Notes under the pieces: generated by a model
What the model saw: the letters and a program-made list of their open reading frames with translations, nothing else
Told to the model about the DNA's origin: nothing
Database searches by the model: none
NCBI GenBank assembly: GCA_963666565.1
Contig: OY762911.1
Coordinates: 4,722,145-4,786,144 of the forward strand
Length of the DNA stretch: 64,000 nt
Reading direction: 5' to 3'
Source: Thermoanaerobaculia bacterium
GTDB taxonomy: Bacteria; Acidobacteriota; Thermoanaerobaculia; Multivoradales; Multivoraceae
Made by a program: the position numbers and the translations under genes
Part shown: one piece after another, positions 47,583 to 57,485 of the stretch
Layout: each line of letters opens with the position of its first letter
Numbering within the stretch: the stretch's first letter is position 1

Positions 47583-50231
47583 CTACCAGTCCTCCGGCGC
47601 CGAAGTCGAGTCGATCAGGCCGCTCAGGAAGATCGAGTTCAGGAACAGGCGATTCGAGCCGTGGAAGTAGGCGCGGAAGTTCGGATTGTCGAGGAGCTGG
47701 ATCACGACGCCGCGGCCCATCCGGCTGGCGATGACCGCCGGCTTGCCGGCCAGGCGACGCTGGTTCTCCGGCGAAATCCAGCCCGAGAGCCGCGGCGGGT
47801 CCCGGTACAGAGCGACGTTCTCGAAGGGATCGGGGCTGGGCGGCAGGACCATCTGGCCCGTGCGGATCACGGCGAGCTCCGGACGCCGGTAGCCGTACGC
47901 CAGGGGATGAGTCAGGTCGAGATCGACGCCGACGATCGTCCCGGCCATGAGTTGCTCGGCTCGCTGATCCCGGTAGTCGGCGTAGCGGCGGCGCTCCGGC
48001 GTTTCGGGAGCGTCCGCGTCTTCGGAAGCGCCCGCGTCCTCCGCCGCCCCTTCGCGTCCCAGGAGCTCGGTGCCCGCCCAGCGGCTCGCCGCGCCGATGG
48101 CCACGACCGCGCCGCCGCCGCGCACCCAGGTCCGAAGGCGATCGCGAACCTCCTCGCGGGGCGCTCCGCCGCCGAAGCCGCCCAGTGCCAGCACGACGTG
48201 CGTGTACCGGTCCAGATCCGCGCCGCCCAGCGCCTCGAGGTCGACCAGCGAGACCTCGACGCCGAAGCGCTCGTCGAGCAGGTGCCAGGCCTCGCCGACG
48301 CGGTACGACGGAGTGCCGGAACCGCTCACGAGCAGCGTCCGCGGCGCGACCAGCGGCCGCAGGCTCGGGCTGCCCAGGTCGATCCCGGCGGCGGCCTGGC
48401 CGCCGATCAGCCGGTGCACGTCGACGCCGTCGGCAGCCGCCGCCTCGGCGAACAGCGCCTCCAGGTCGATCCCCGCGTTGGCGCCCGGCTCGCCGGGCCG
48501 GCCCACCGGCACGACGATCGCTCCGGGATCGAAGGAGCGCGGGCCGGCGGGCGTCTCGGCCGTGAAGGACCTCTTCGCGGCCCGCGCCCGCGCGCCCGCC
48601 CGCTGCATGCGGTTCAGGGTGCGGGCCGAGAAGTAGCCGTCCCAGAAGAACGCGTAGGCGTAGGCCGGCGCGTCCGCCGGAGCGGCGCCGAACTCGCCCG
48701 GCTCGATCGCGGCGTTCGTGACCTGCGCGCCGAGCAGCTCGGGCCGGTAGGCGCCGCCCTCGAGCAGGTCGTACTCGGCGCCGAAGGCGAGCGGCAGGCT
48801 CCAGGCCGAAACGTCGTAGAACACGGAGTCCTCGAACTCGGTCACCGTCTCGAAGAAGGAGCGCACGAGGGTCGACTGGGGTTGTGCCAGCGGCGCCAGC
48901 CACGACTCGCCCGGCGCGTAGACGCGGCCGGAGACGGCGATCTCCTCCATCGTTCCGTAGACCTCGATCTCGTGCCTCAGCAGCAGGTCGAGCATCCGGT
49001 GGGCGCGGCCCCGGTCGCCGTCCAGGTGGAACACGTAGGCCGAGGGTTCGGCTTCGGCCGCGGCGAGAGCGCCGCGGAAGAAGTCCCGCTGGTGCTCCAG
49101 GAGTTCGAGGCGCTTCGCCACGCCGCCCTCCACCATCGACAGCGACGCCAGCAACTGGTTCTTGATCCCGAAGGTGAACGCGAGTTCCCCGTTCGCCGTC
49201 TCCATCCGGTGGCCTTCGGCGCTCGCCTGCTCGAACAGGAACCCGACCGCGCCGTGCGCGTCCGGGTAGGTCGAGCCCTTGCCGAGATAGAAGTCGTCGA
49301 AGCCCTCGCGGCTGTAGTAGAGCCGGCCCGCGCCGTCGAACACGGCCGCGTGATGGGCCGCTACCGCCTCCGTCAACTCGACGTTGCGCTCGGGAATCAG
49401 GGGATTGCGCCGGCTCGGCACGCCCGGCTGGAAGAAGAACGTGCTGTTCGAGCCCATCTCGTGGAAGTCGCCGACCAGGTTCGGCTGCCAGGCCTTCCAG
49501 GTCGCCATGCGGTTCCGCGACTCGGGGTGCTGCAGCAGGAGCCAGTCCCGGTTCAGGTCGAACCAGTAGTGGTTCGTGCGGCCGCCCGGCCACGGCTCCC
49601 GGTGTTCCCGGTGGCCAGGGTCGGGATTCAGCACCATGCCCCGATTCGTGTTCGCCCAATGCGCGAAACGGCCGATCCCGTCGGGGTTCAGGCTGGGGTC
49701 GAGCAGGACGACCGCCTGCTCCAACTGGTCGGCGACAACGTCCGACCGGGACGCGGCCAAGTGGTAGGCGACCAGCATCGAGGCGTTCGCGCCGCTCGGC
49801 TCGTTGCCGTGGATGCTGTAGCCGAGCCAGACGACGACCGGCAACTCCTCGAGCTCCGGCGCCGGCAGCCGGGGATCGACGAGGCCGCGCCGGCTTTCCC
49901 GGATCCGGTCCAGCCGGGCGTGGTTCTCCGGCGACGTGATGGCGAGCAGGAGTTGGGGGCGCTGCTCGTGGGTCCGCCCCTGCACCGAGACGGTCACCCG
50001 CGGCGAGGAAGCCGCCACGGCCCGCATGTAAGCGTTCAACTGGTCGGGACGAACGTGCCATTCGCCGACTTCGTAGCCGAGCACCGAGGCCGGAACCGGC
50101 ACCGCCGGGTCGTAGGCCGCCGCGACGGCGGCGTCCGGCAGGTAGTAGGAGAGTTCCTCGGCCGCCGCGGGCGCGACCGGCAGCAGGAACGCAACGAGAG
50201 CGAAACAGGGGAAGGATCGGCGAAAGACCAT
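47583..50231 (-). CDS. Secreted M14 zinc carboxypeptidase
   Basis: HGNE, NPDG, DLNRD and DFHEM motifs. Confidence 0.9.
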   Translation of the reverse strand: MVFRRSFPCFALVAFLLPVAPAAAEELSYYLPDAAVAAAYDPAVPVPASVLGYEVGEWHVRPDQLNAYMRAVAASSPRVTVSVQGRTHEQRPQLLLAITSPENHARLDRIRESRRGLVDPRLPAPELEELPVVVWLGYSIHGNEPSGANASMLVAYHLAASRSDVVADQLEQAVVLLDPSLNPDGIGRFAHWANTNRGMVLNPDPGHREHREPWPGGRTNHYWFDLNRDWLLLQHPESRNRMATWKAWQPNLVGDFHEMGSNSTFFFQPGVPSRRNPLIPERNVELTEAVAAHHAAVFDGAGRLYYSREGFDDFYLGKGSTYPDAHGAVGFLFEQASAEGHRMETANGELAFTFGIKNQLLASLSMVEGGVAKRLELLEHQRDFFRGALAAAEAEPSAYVFHLDGDRGRAHRMLDLLLRHEIEVYGTMEEIAVSGRVYAPGESWLAPLAQPQSTLVRSFFETVTEFEDSVFYDVSAWSLPLAFGAEYDLLEGGAYRPELLGAQVTNAAIEPGEFGAAPADAPAYAYAFFWDGYFSARTLNRMQRAGARARAAKRSFTAETPAGPRSFDPGAIVVPVGRPGEPGANAGIDLEALFAEAAAADGVDVHRLIGGQAAAGIDLGSPSLRPLVAPRTLLVSGSGTPSYRVGEAWHLLDERFGVEVSLVDLEALGGADLDRYTHVVLALGGFGGGAPREEVRDRLRTWVRGGGAVVAIGAASRWAGTELLGREGAAEDAGASEDADAPETPERRRYADYRDQRAEQLMAGTIVGVDLDLTHPLAYGYRRPELAVIRTGQMVLPPSPDPFENVALYRDPPRLSGWISPENQRRLAGKPAVIASRMGRGVVIQLLDNPNFRAYFHGSNRLFLNSIFLSGLIDSTSAPEDW

Positions 50232-50307
50232 CCGGCGAGTCTACTTTCGCGGCTGGCGCCGGCGGAAGAGCGGCCGGCGGCCTCCCCGGCGTCTCAGACC
50301 CCCGGCG

Positions 50308-50544
50308 TCACGGAAGCAACCGGTCGAGCACCGTCACGATGGTCGCGAATCCGCCCATCGCCAGCAGGATGCGCCAAGTCAGCACTTCTCTGAGCTTGGC
50401 GATCTCTCCGGCGAGCTCTCCCCTGAGCCTGGCCAGGTCTTCCTTCGTCGCGACATGGCGCAGCGTCTCGTCAACGCGAGCGCGCCAAGCGACCCAGTCC
50501 TGGTTCAGCTCCGGGGTTTCCGTCCTCGTTCCTGTCGCGGTCAT
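50308..50544 (-). CDS. Small coiled-coil protein with C-terminal membrane anchor (DUF1640/CCDC90-like)
   Basis: VATKEDL heptads, LTWRILLAMGG..; AGGAGGAG RBS. Confidence 0.7.
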   Translation of the reverse strand: MTATGTRTETPELNQDWVAWRARVDETLRHVATKEDLARLRGELAGEIAKLREVLTWRILLAMGGFATIVTVLDRLLP

Positions 50545-50633
50545 GCCTCTCCTCCTGTTCGCCGATGAGGGGCAAACCGGACCATCCGGTCACCTCCGAC
50601 CCTACACCGAACCGGCGCCGGTTTCACGCCCCA

Positions 50634-52182
50634 GAGCTGTCCACTGGAAGGTGAGCCTGAAAGGGGTGCCGCAATCCAACGGGAAATGAGCCTGAAGTTC
50701 GGCGACGGGAGATCATCGGAGGATGATCGTGTCGCTACATACCCACCGTCTTCAGACCTTGGACCAGATCCGGGAGTTCCTGTCCTCGAGCGGAGAGGCG
50801 AGCTTTCGGCACACGGATCGTTCGTCGGCCTACGCATTCTGCCGGCGTACGCTCGGCCGGTTCCGCTACTCGTCGCTCGGTCGGCGGGACAAGGGCACGG
50901 TGCGGGCCTATCTGGCGAAGGTCACGGGACTGTCGAGAGCCCAGGTTCAGCGGCTGATCCGGCAGTACCTGGAGACGGGCCGAATCGTGGATCGCCGCGG
51001 CCCGCCGAAGAACGCGTTCAAGGCGCGGTTCACCAAGGCGGACAAGGGCCTTCTGGCCGAGGTCGACGCTGTGCTGGAGCAGAGGTGCGGGCACGCCACG
51101 CGGGCGGTGATGCGGCGGATGTACGAGGAGTACGGCGACGAGCGCTTCGAGCGGCTGGCCTCGATCTCCAACGGTCACTTCTACAACCTGCGCAAGTCGA
51201 AGACCTACACGCGGCGCCGCACGCACCGCCGGAAGACGAAGGCGCGGAAGGTCGGGATCGCGGAACGGCGCAAGCCCCGGCCCAAGGGGCGTCCGGGCTT
51301 CCTGCGAGTGGACACGGTGGACCAGGGGGAGAAGGACGGCGAGAAGGGCGTCTTCCACGTCAATCTGGTGGACGAGGTGACCCAGTGGGAGCACGTCGGC
51401 ACGGTGCGGGCGATCTCGCAGAACTGCCTGCTCAAGGTGTTGCGGGAGCTGATCGAGTCCTGTCCCTTCAAGGTGTTGGGCTTCCACGCCGACAACGGCT
51501 CGGAGTACATCAACCACCGAGTGGCGGAGATGCTGAACAGCCTGCACATCCCGGAGTTCACCAAGTCGCGGCCGCGGCGCAGCAACGACAACGCGCTGGT
51601 CGAGTCCAAGAACGGCAACGTGATCCGGCGCTGCTTCGGCTACGGCCACATCCCGAAGCTGTTCGACCGCGAGGTCAACGTCTTCTCCCGAGACGTCCTC
51701 ACGCCCTACCTCAACCTCCACCGCCCGTGCCTGTTTCCCACCGAAGTCGTCGATCCGAAGGGGAAGGCGACCCGGCGCTACCGCTACCAGGACACCATGA
51801 CGCCGTTCGAGAAGCTCAAGTCCCTGCCGGGCGCCGAGCAGTACCTGAAGCCCGACATCACCATCGCCGCGCTCGAGCGAGGGGCCAAGGCCGTAAGCGA
51901 CCTCGATGCAGCCATCGCTCTCAACAACGCCCGCGATCGACTCTTCGACCTCATCAAGCGAGAGGCCGATCCTCTTCGGCGCCGCACCGCCTGACCGCGA
52001 TGCAAACCGCAACACCGACCGCCGGCACGGCTGCCGGCCACCGCCGCCCGCCACGCGGGCGTACCCTTAGGCGGCAGACTCCGCTAGCGCTCCGTCTGCC
52101 GCTCCTGAACTCTCCCGGAACCGAACCGGATCGCTTCCCAACGACGGTCCCGTTCAGGCTCATTTCAGGATTGGATTACGCT
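50634..52182 (+). mobile_element. Insertion sequence (ISNCY/IS481-like, rve transposase)
   Basis: Terminal repeats ..AATCCAA..GAAATGAGCCTGAA and TTCAGGCTCATTTC..TTGGATT; flanking GCCCCA duplication at 50628-50633 and 52183-52188. Confidence 0.85.
50723..51994 (+). CDS. DDE integrase-core transposase
   Basis: PGFLRVDTV (D), FHADNGSEY (D) and DNALVESKN (E). Confidence 0.92.
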   Translation: MIVSLHTHRLQTLDQIREFLSSSGEASFRHTDRSSAYAFCRRTLGRFRYSSLGRRDKGTVRAYLAKVTGLSRAQVQRLIRQYLETGRIVDRRGPPKNAFKARFTKADKGLLAEVDAVLEQRCGHATRAVMRRMYEEYGDERFERLASISNGHFYNLRKSKTYTRRRTHRRKTKARKVGIAERRKPRPKGRPGFLRVDTVDQGEKDGEKGVFHVNLVDEVTQWEHVGTVRAISQNCLLKVLRELIESCPFKVLGFHADNGSEYINHRVAEMLNSLHIPEFTKSRPRRSNDNALVESKNGNVIRRCFGYGHIPKLFDREVNVFSRDVLTPYLNLHRPCLFPTEVVDPKGKATRRYRYQDTMTPFEKLKSLPGAEQYLKPDITIAALERGAKAVSDLDAAIALNNARDRLFDLIKREADPLRRRTA

Positions 52183-53653
52183 GCCCCAAGGCGCGATGCA
52201 CGTCGTCGAACTCCGCCGCCGCCCCCTCCGGAGGCCGCGTCCACAGGCTGACCAGCACCGTCGCCGCGACGCCGGCGATCAGGCCCGGCAGCAGTTCGTA
52301 CAGATCGTGGTACGAGGCCTTGAACAGCAGCACCCAGGCCACCGTCACGGTGAAGCCCGTCGCCATGCCGGCGACCGCTCCCGGCAGCGTCGTGCGCTTC
52401 CAGAACAGAGAGCAGAGGATGACCGGCACGAAGGCGCCGCCCAGGCCCGACCAGGCGAACAGCATGAACCAGAACAGCAGCGGCGGTTCGAACAGCGCAA
52501 AGGGAATGGCCACCAGGCCCACCAGCGCGGTGACGTAGCGGCCGTAACGCGACAGGCGGCCGTCGCCGCGCGCCGCGCCGAGAATCTTGTGGCCGAAGTC
52601 CCTGACGACGGCCGACGAGGCGAGGATCAAGAGGGAATCGACGGTCGACATGATCGCGCCCAGAACGATGACCAGGAAGATGCCGGTGAAGAGGGCCGGG
52701 AACAGCTCCGCGCTCATGGTCGGCATCACGGTTTCCGGATCGTCCAGCAACGGGAACAGAGCCCGCCCCGCAATCCCGGTGAACACCGCGCCGACGTCGA
52801 ACAGCACCATGCACACGACCGCGACCCGGCCGCCGCGCACCAGTTCGCGGTCCGAAGCCGCGGACATGAACCGGGTCAGGAGCTGCGGCACGCCCAGGAA
52901 GGCGAGCCCGATGCCGGCGAAGCTCGCGGCCGAAAGCACGCCGGCCCAGGTCGCGCCGTGGCTGCCCATCGCCCGCAGCAGGCTCGGATCGGCCGTCTCG
53001 AGCGCGCCGATCGTCTCGTTCCAGCCTCCCGCGGCGGCGACGCCGACGATCGGAAGCATGACGAGCCCGCCCACCATGAGCAGACCCTGCACCAGGTCCG
53101 AGTACGCCACCGCCTTGAAGCCGCCGACCGCCGTGTAGACGATCGTGACGCCCGCGCCCAGAAAGACGCCGGTGACGTAGCTGAACCCCAGGAAGGACGA
53201 GAAGGCCTTGCCCGTCGCGACCAGTTGCGCGCAGCAGTAGACCGCGACCATCGACAGGACGATCGCGATGCTCAGCTTCCGCAGGAGCTGCCGGCTGTCG
53301 CGGAACCGCTCCTCCAGGTAGTCGGGAACGGTGATCGCCCGGTACCGGTCGGTGTACTCCTTGAACGGTCGCGAAACGAAGGTCCAGGCGATCGCAACGC
53401 CCATCACCTCGCCGAACACGACCCAGAGCGCGTGGAAGCCGACCGCGTAGCCCATCCCGGTCAGGCCGAGCAGCAGCCAGCCGCTCTCGCCTGTGGCATT
53501 CGAACTGAAGGCGATGACCCAGGAGGGCAGTTTCTTGCCGGCGACGTAGTAACCCTCCAGGCTCCCTCCCTCGCGCCGGCCCCACAGGCCGAGCCCGATG
53601 AGGACCAGCATGTAGAGGCCCAGGGGGACGAGGACCAGGGCGCTCGCGGTCAC
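52160..53653 (-). CDS. putP: Sodium/proline (SSS family) symporter; last residues supplied by the IS end
   Basis: YYVAG, ESGWLLLGL.G, GGFKAVAYSD and AIMSTVDS motifs. Confidence 0.85.
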   Translation of the reverse strand: MTASALVLVPLGLYMLVLIGLGLWGRREGGSLEGYYVAGKKLPSWVIAFSSNATGESGWLLLGLTGMGYAVGFHALWVVFGEVMGVAIAWTFVSRPFKEYTDRYRAITVPDYLEERFRDSRQLLRKLSIAIVLSMVAVYCCAQLVATGKAFSSFLGFSYVTGVFLGAGVTIVYTAVGGFKAVAYSDLVQGLLMVGGLVMLPIVGVAAAGGWNETIGALETADPSLLRAMGSHGATWAGVLSAASFAGIGLAFLGVPQLLTRFMSAASDRELVRGGRVAVVCMVLFDVGAVFTGIAGRALFPLLDDPETVMPTMSAELFPALFTGIFLVIVLGAIMSTVDSLLILASSAVVRDFGHKILGAARGDGRLSRYGRYVTALVGLVAIPFALFEPPLLFWFMLFAWSGLGGAFVPVILCSLFWKRTTLPGAVAGMATGFTVTVAWVLLFKASYHDLYELLPGLIAGVAATVLVSLWTRPPEGAAAEFDDVHRALGQRNPILK

Positions 53654-53655
53654 GC

Positions 53656-53793
53656 CTAACCGCTCCCGGCGGACCGGCGACCGCGACGCCGGCCGCGACG
53701 CTCGGACCACCACCGCAGCAGGACAAGAGCCGGTCCGGCGCCGACCGACACGGCCAGCAGCAGCCAAGTCGAGATCGGCAGGCCGCCCAACAT
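53656..53793 (-). CDS. Small membrane protein upstream of the symporter (MLGGLPISTWLLL...)
   Basis: 45-aa ORF with one hydrophobic helix and basic tail, ending 2 bp before the putP start. Confidence 0.55.
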   Translation of the reverse strand: MLGGLPISTWLLLAVSVGAGPALVLLRWWSERRGRRRGRRSAGSG

Positions 53794-53837
53794 CGACCGG
53801 CAGGCTAGCAGTCCGCCGGATCGACCTGCACTGGACA

Positions 53838-53980
53838 CTGGGTGCGCGGGTCCTCTGACCCGCCCCCCGGGCGAAGCCGCGGAGCAGCGCGGCCCGGACA
53901 GCAAGGGCGCTGGCCAGAGGCCGGCGACGATGTCCAAGGCCGCCTTCGGCGGCAGCGGGTCGGAAGACCCGCGCACCCGG
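53838..53980. repeat. Inverted REP-like doublet
   Basis: CTGGGTGCGCGGGTCCTCTGACCCGC (53838-53863) and an inverted copy at 53955-53980. Confidence 0.85.
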
Positions 53981-53984
53981 CGGA

Positions 53985-54887
53985 CTAGCGCCAGCGGCGG
54001 TGGCCCCAGAGGTACTGGTCCGGGTCGCGGCGGATCGCGGCTTCGAGGCGGTCGTTCAGGGTACGGAGAATCGCCTCCACGTCGGCGTTCCGGTCGCCGC
54101 TGCGGGGCCGCTCGATCAGGGGCGACAGGGTCAGCTCGAAGGTCCAGTCCGCCGTCCGGCGGCAGACGGCGAAGGTGAGCGGCGTCCGCGCGACGAGATG
54201 CAGCATCGCGGCGGTCGTGTGGGTCTTCGCCGGGTGGCCGAAGAACGCCACGTCGATGCCCTGGCGGGCGTGCTGATCGACCAGCAGCGCCAGGATCTCG
54301 CCGTCGCCGAGCAACCTGAGGAAACGCCCGGGATCCGGGTCGTACTTCGGGATCGTCCGGAACTCGCGGCGCGGACGCCGCGCGAGGGCCAGCTCCTGCA
54401 CGCGCGGGTTGTTCATCGGCCGGGAGATGCCCGCGACCGGCTTGTAGCGCGACAGCCACTGGCCGGCGACCTCCCAGTTGCCGAAGTGGCCGGAGACGAC
54501 GATCAGCCCGCGCTCCGGGTCGTCGAGAACCGCCTGGACGTCGCCGGGAACGTCGACCCGCAACCGCTCCGGGTCGTCGAGCAGGAGCGCCGACTTCATC
54601 GACTCGACCAGCACCGTGCCCATGTGACGGGCGGCTGCCCGGCCGATCGCACGCGCTTCGCGCCGGTCGCCGGCCACGCCCGCGCGCAGGATGTTGGAGA
54701 TCGCCACGCGGCGCCGCGGCCGGTCGGCCGCCCACCACAGCGAGCCCAGCGCCGCCGCCCAGCGGGAGGCGGCGGCCGGCGGCAGCAGATCGACGCCGAA
54801 CAGCGTCAGCCGGGCCGCCCAGTATTCGAGAAGGTGGAGCACCCGGGCCGGGAAGCCGCGCCGCGTCCGCACAGCATTGCCGCGCAT
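53985..54887 (-). CDS. LpxL/HtrB-like lipid acyltransferase
   Basis: SGHFGNWE, LVDQ, FFG and QYLWGHRRW motifs. Confidence 0.88.
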   Translation of the reverse strand: MRGNAVRTRRGFPARVLHLLEYWAARLTLFGVDLLPPAAASRWAAALGSLWWAADRPRRRVAISNILRAGVAGDRREARAIGRAAARHMGTVLVESMKSALLLDDPERLRVDVPGDVQAVLDDPERGLIVVSGHFGNWEVAGQWLSRYKPVAGISRPMNNPRVQELALARRPRREFRTIPKYDPDPGRFLRLLGDGEILALLVDQHARQGIDVAFFGHPAKTHTTAAMLHLVARTPLTFAVCRRTADWTFELTLSPLIERPRSGDRNADVEAILRTLNDRLEAAIRRDPDQYLWGHRRWR

Positions 54888-54924
54888 GGAACTGGCCGCC
54901 CGCTGGGCGCGCGCAAGGCTGCGC

Positions 54925-55179
54925 TCAGGCTCCGTTCTGCTGCAGCAGCGCGACGATCTCGCCGACCGTGCGGGTCTTCACGACCTGCTTCGGATCGAGC
55001 GCGATGCCGAACTCCTCCTCCACGTCGTAGAGCACGTCGAGGATCGTCAGGGAATCGAAGCCGAGCGACTCGATCGGCGTCTCCGCAACGACCGCGTCCC
55101 AGTCGTGGTCTTCGACCGCGCTCTCGCGCAGCACGTCCCGCAGCCGGTCGAGGGTCCCGGAGGCGCCGCCAGTGTCCAT
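54925..55179 (-). CDS. Acyl carrier protein
   Basis: LGFDSL phosphopantetheine site; EEEFGI; TVGEIV. Confidence 0.9.
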   Translation of the reverse strand: MDTGGASGTLDRLRDVLRESAVEDHDWDAVVAETPIESLGFDSLTILDVLYDVEEEFGIALDPKQVVKTRTVGEIVALLQQNGA

Positions 55180-55280
55180 GGGCGGCAAGACTATCGCCGA
55201 TCGACATTTGGCCCGCAAACCACCGAAGGCGGCCGGAACCCCGCGGCCGCGGCGCGGGGCGCCGCGCCTCGTCTCGGGCG

Positions 55281-56525
55281 CTACTCGCCGGGTCCCAGCA
55301 CCAGGACGCCGTTGCTGCCGCCGAAGCCGAAGCTGTTCTTCATCACGTAGGGCTGTTCGAGCGGCGCCGGATCGCCGCGCACCAAGCGGACGCGACATGC
55401 CGGGTCCGGGTCGTCCAGGTTCAGGTTCGGCGGCAGGCGGCCCCGTTCGATGCCGAGCAGCGCCGCGATCGACTCGATCGCGCCGGACGCGCCCAGCGTG
55501 TGGCCGAAGTAGGACTTGTTGGCCGAGACCGGCGCCCGTTCGGCGGCGGCGCCCAGAACCGCGCAGATCGACTCGCTCTCGCAGACGTCGTTGGCCAGGG
55601 TGGCCGTGCCGTGGGCGTTCACGGCGCCGAGATCGGCGGGGTCGATCCCGGCGGACGCCAGGGCGGCCCGCATCGCGACCGCCTGACCCTCGGCGCTGGG
55701 ACTGGTGATGTGGCTGGCGTCCGAGGACTCGCCGTAGCCGACGATCTCGCCCCGGATCCGGGCGTCCCGGCCGCGGGCCCGGTCCCACGACTCGAACACC
55801 ATCATGCCGGCGCCCTCGCCGAGAACGCAGCCGTCGCGGCCGGCGTCGAACGGCCGGCAGGCGCGGGCCGGATCGGGGTTCTTCGACATGACGCCCAGGT
55901 TGTTCCAGACCCCGTAGTAGAACGGGTCGAAGAAGCCGTCGGCGCCGCCGGTTAGCACCGTGTCGGCGTAGCCGTGGCGCACCATCCGGTAAGCCGTGCC
56001 CATCGCGTTCGTCGACGATGTGCAGGCCGAGATGACGACGTAGTTGGCGCCCGTGAGCCGGAAGTGGATCGAGATGCCGCCCGAGATCGCGTTGTCCATC
56101 ACGCGCGGCACGCTGGTCGGCCGCAGGCCGCGGACGCCGCGCTCGGCGAAGCGCTGCTGCAACGTCGTGTTGCTCTCGGCGGCGCCGACCGCGGTGCCCA
56201 CGATCACCGCCACCGGCTGCGGCTCGTAGGGCGGCGCGCCGTCGATCAGGCCCGCGTCCTCGAGCGCCTCGGCGGCCACAACGAGGCCGAGGTCGACGGC
56301 GCGGTCCGTCGGCCGGCGGCGCAGCCGCTTGAGCCCGGCCTCGACGAAGCCCGGCTCCACTTCTCCGCCGATCCCGACCTTCATCGCCGACGTGTCGAGC
56401 GACTGGAGTTCGGCGATGCCGCCCCGGCCGGCGAACAGGCCGGCGCCGAACGACTCGACGTCCGTGCCGATGGCGCACGCGACGCCGAGGCCGGTGACCG
56501 CAACGCGGCGGCACGACTCAGGCAA
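55281..56525 (-). CDS. fabF: Beta-ketoacyl-ACP synthase (KAS II-like)
   Basis: SACTSS, NAHGTAT, KSYFGHTLGA and NSFGFGG motifs. Confidence 0.9.
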   Translation of the reverse strand: MPESCRRVAVTGLGVACAIGTDVESFGAGLFAGRGGIAELQSLDTSAMKVGIGGEVEPGFVEAGLKRLRRRPTDRAVDLGLVVAAEALEDAGLIDGAPPYEPQPVAVIVGTAVGAAESNTTLQQRFAERGVRGLRPTSVPRVMDNAISGGISIHFRLTGANYVVISACTSSTNAMGTAYRMVRHGYADTVLTGGADGFFDPFYYGVWNNLGVMSKNPDPARACRPFDAGRDGCVLGEGAGMMVFESWDRARGRDARIRGEIVGYGESSDASHITSPSAEGQAVAMRAALASAGIDPADLGAVNAHGTATLANDVCESESICAVLGAAAERAPVSANKSYFGHTLGASGAIESIAALLGIERGRLPPNLNLDDPDPACRVRLVRGDPAPLEQPYVMKNSFGFGGSNGVLVLGPGE

Positions 56526-56593
56526 GGGCGCCCCCGGACGCCGCGCTCGCGGCTCGCTGCCGGCGTCGTGCCCGCGTCTCGAGGCTGGCCCGC

Positions 56594-57337
56594 TCAGCCA
56601 TACATCGACAACCCGCCGTTGACGTGGATCACCTGGCCGGTGACGTAGGACGACGCCGGCGACAGCAGGAAGACGGCGGCCGCGGCGACCTCGGCCGGCG
56701 TTCCCAGGCGGCCGAGCGGCACGCGCAGCCGCTGCCGCTGGTCGTCGCCGAGCTCGGTCGTCATGTCCGTCTCGATGAAGCCGGGCGACACCGCGTTGCA
56801 GCGGACGCCGAAGCGGGCCGCTTCAAGCGCGAGGCTGCGGGTCAGGCTCACCATGCCGGCCTTCGACGCCGCGTAGTCGGCGCCCATCCAGCCGCCGGGG
56901 CCGTGCGCCGCAAGCGACGCCATGTTGACGATGCTGCCGCCGCCCGACTTGCGCATGACCTTGTAGGCGGCGCGAGAAGCCGCGAACGTAGCCTCCAGGT
57001 TCACGCGCTGGGTCGCGCGCCAGGACTCGAGATCGAGGCCGCGGAACGCGACCGGGCGGCCGCCGCCGGCGTTGTTGACCAGGCCGTCGATCCGGCCGCG
57101 GCGCTCGATCACATGTTCGACCAGGGCCGCCGCGTTCTCCGGGTCGTCGAAGTCGGCGGCGAGCGGAAAGACGTTGTCCGAGCCGATCTCGCCACAGGCC
57201 GCCTCGACCTGGGCAAGGTCCCGCCCGTGGACGGCGACCGCGGCGCCGAGCGCCGCCGCCGCCTCGGCGGTCGCCCGGCCGATGCCGCGGGTCGAACCGG
57301 TGACGAGAATCACTTGACCGGAGAGGGAGGGAGTCAT
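56594..57337 (-). CDS. fabG: 3-oxoacyl-ACP reductase-like SDR
   Basis: TGSTRGIG, NNAG, YAASK and PGFIETDMT motifs. Confidence 0.85.
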   Translation of the reverse strand: MTPSLSGQVILVTGSTRGIGRATAEAAAALGAAVAVHGRDLAQVEAACGEIGSDNVFPLAADFDDPENAAALVEHVIERRGRIDGLVNNAGGGRPVAFRGLDLESWRATQRVNLEATFAASRAAYKVMRKSGGGSIVNMASLAAHGPGGWMGADYAASKAGMVSLTRSLALEAARFGVRCNAVSPGFIETDMTTELGDDQRQRLRVPLGRLGTPAEVAAAAVFLLSPASSYVTGQVIHVNGGLSMYG

Positions 57338-57350
57338 GGGCCGACCGCAA

Positions 57351-57374
57351 TCGTAGCGTCGTAGCGTCGTAGCG
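57351..57374. repeat. 8-bp tandem repeat (TCGTAGCG)x3
   Basis: Read directly, just upstream of the fabG start. Confidence 0.85.
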
Positions 57375-57485
57375 GCGCGAGCGGCTCGTACCCTCGCCTT
57401 CGCCGTCCCGACGCTGGTACGCTTCCACCACGCCTGTAGCGGATGGGCCGCGCCCCTGAGGCGAACCGTTACAGGAGAAACGGCA

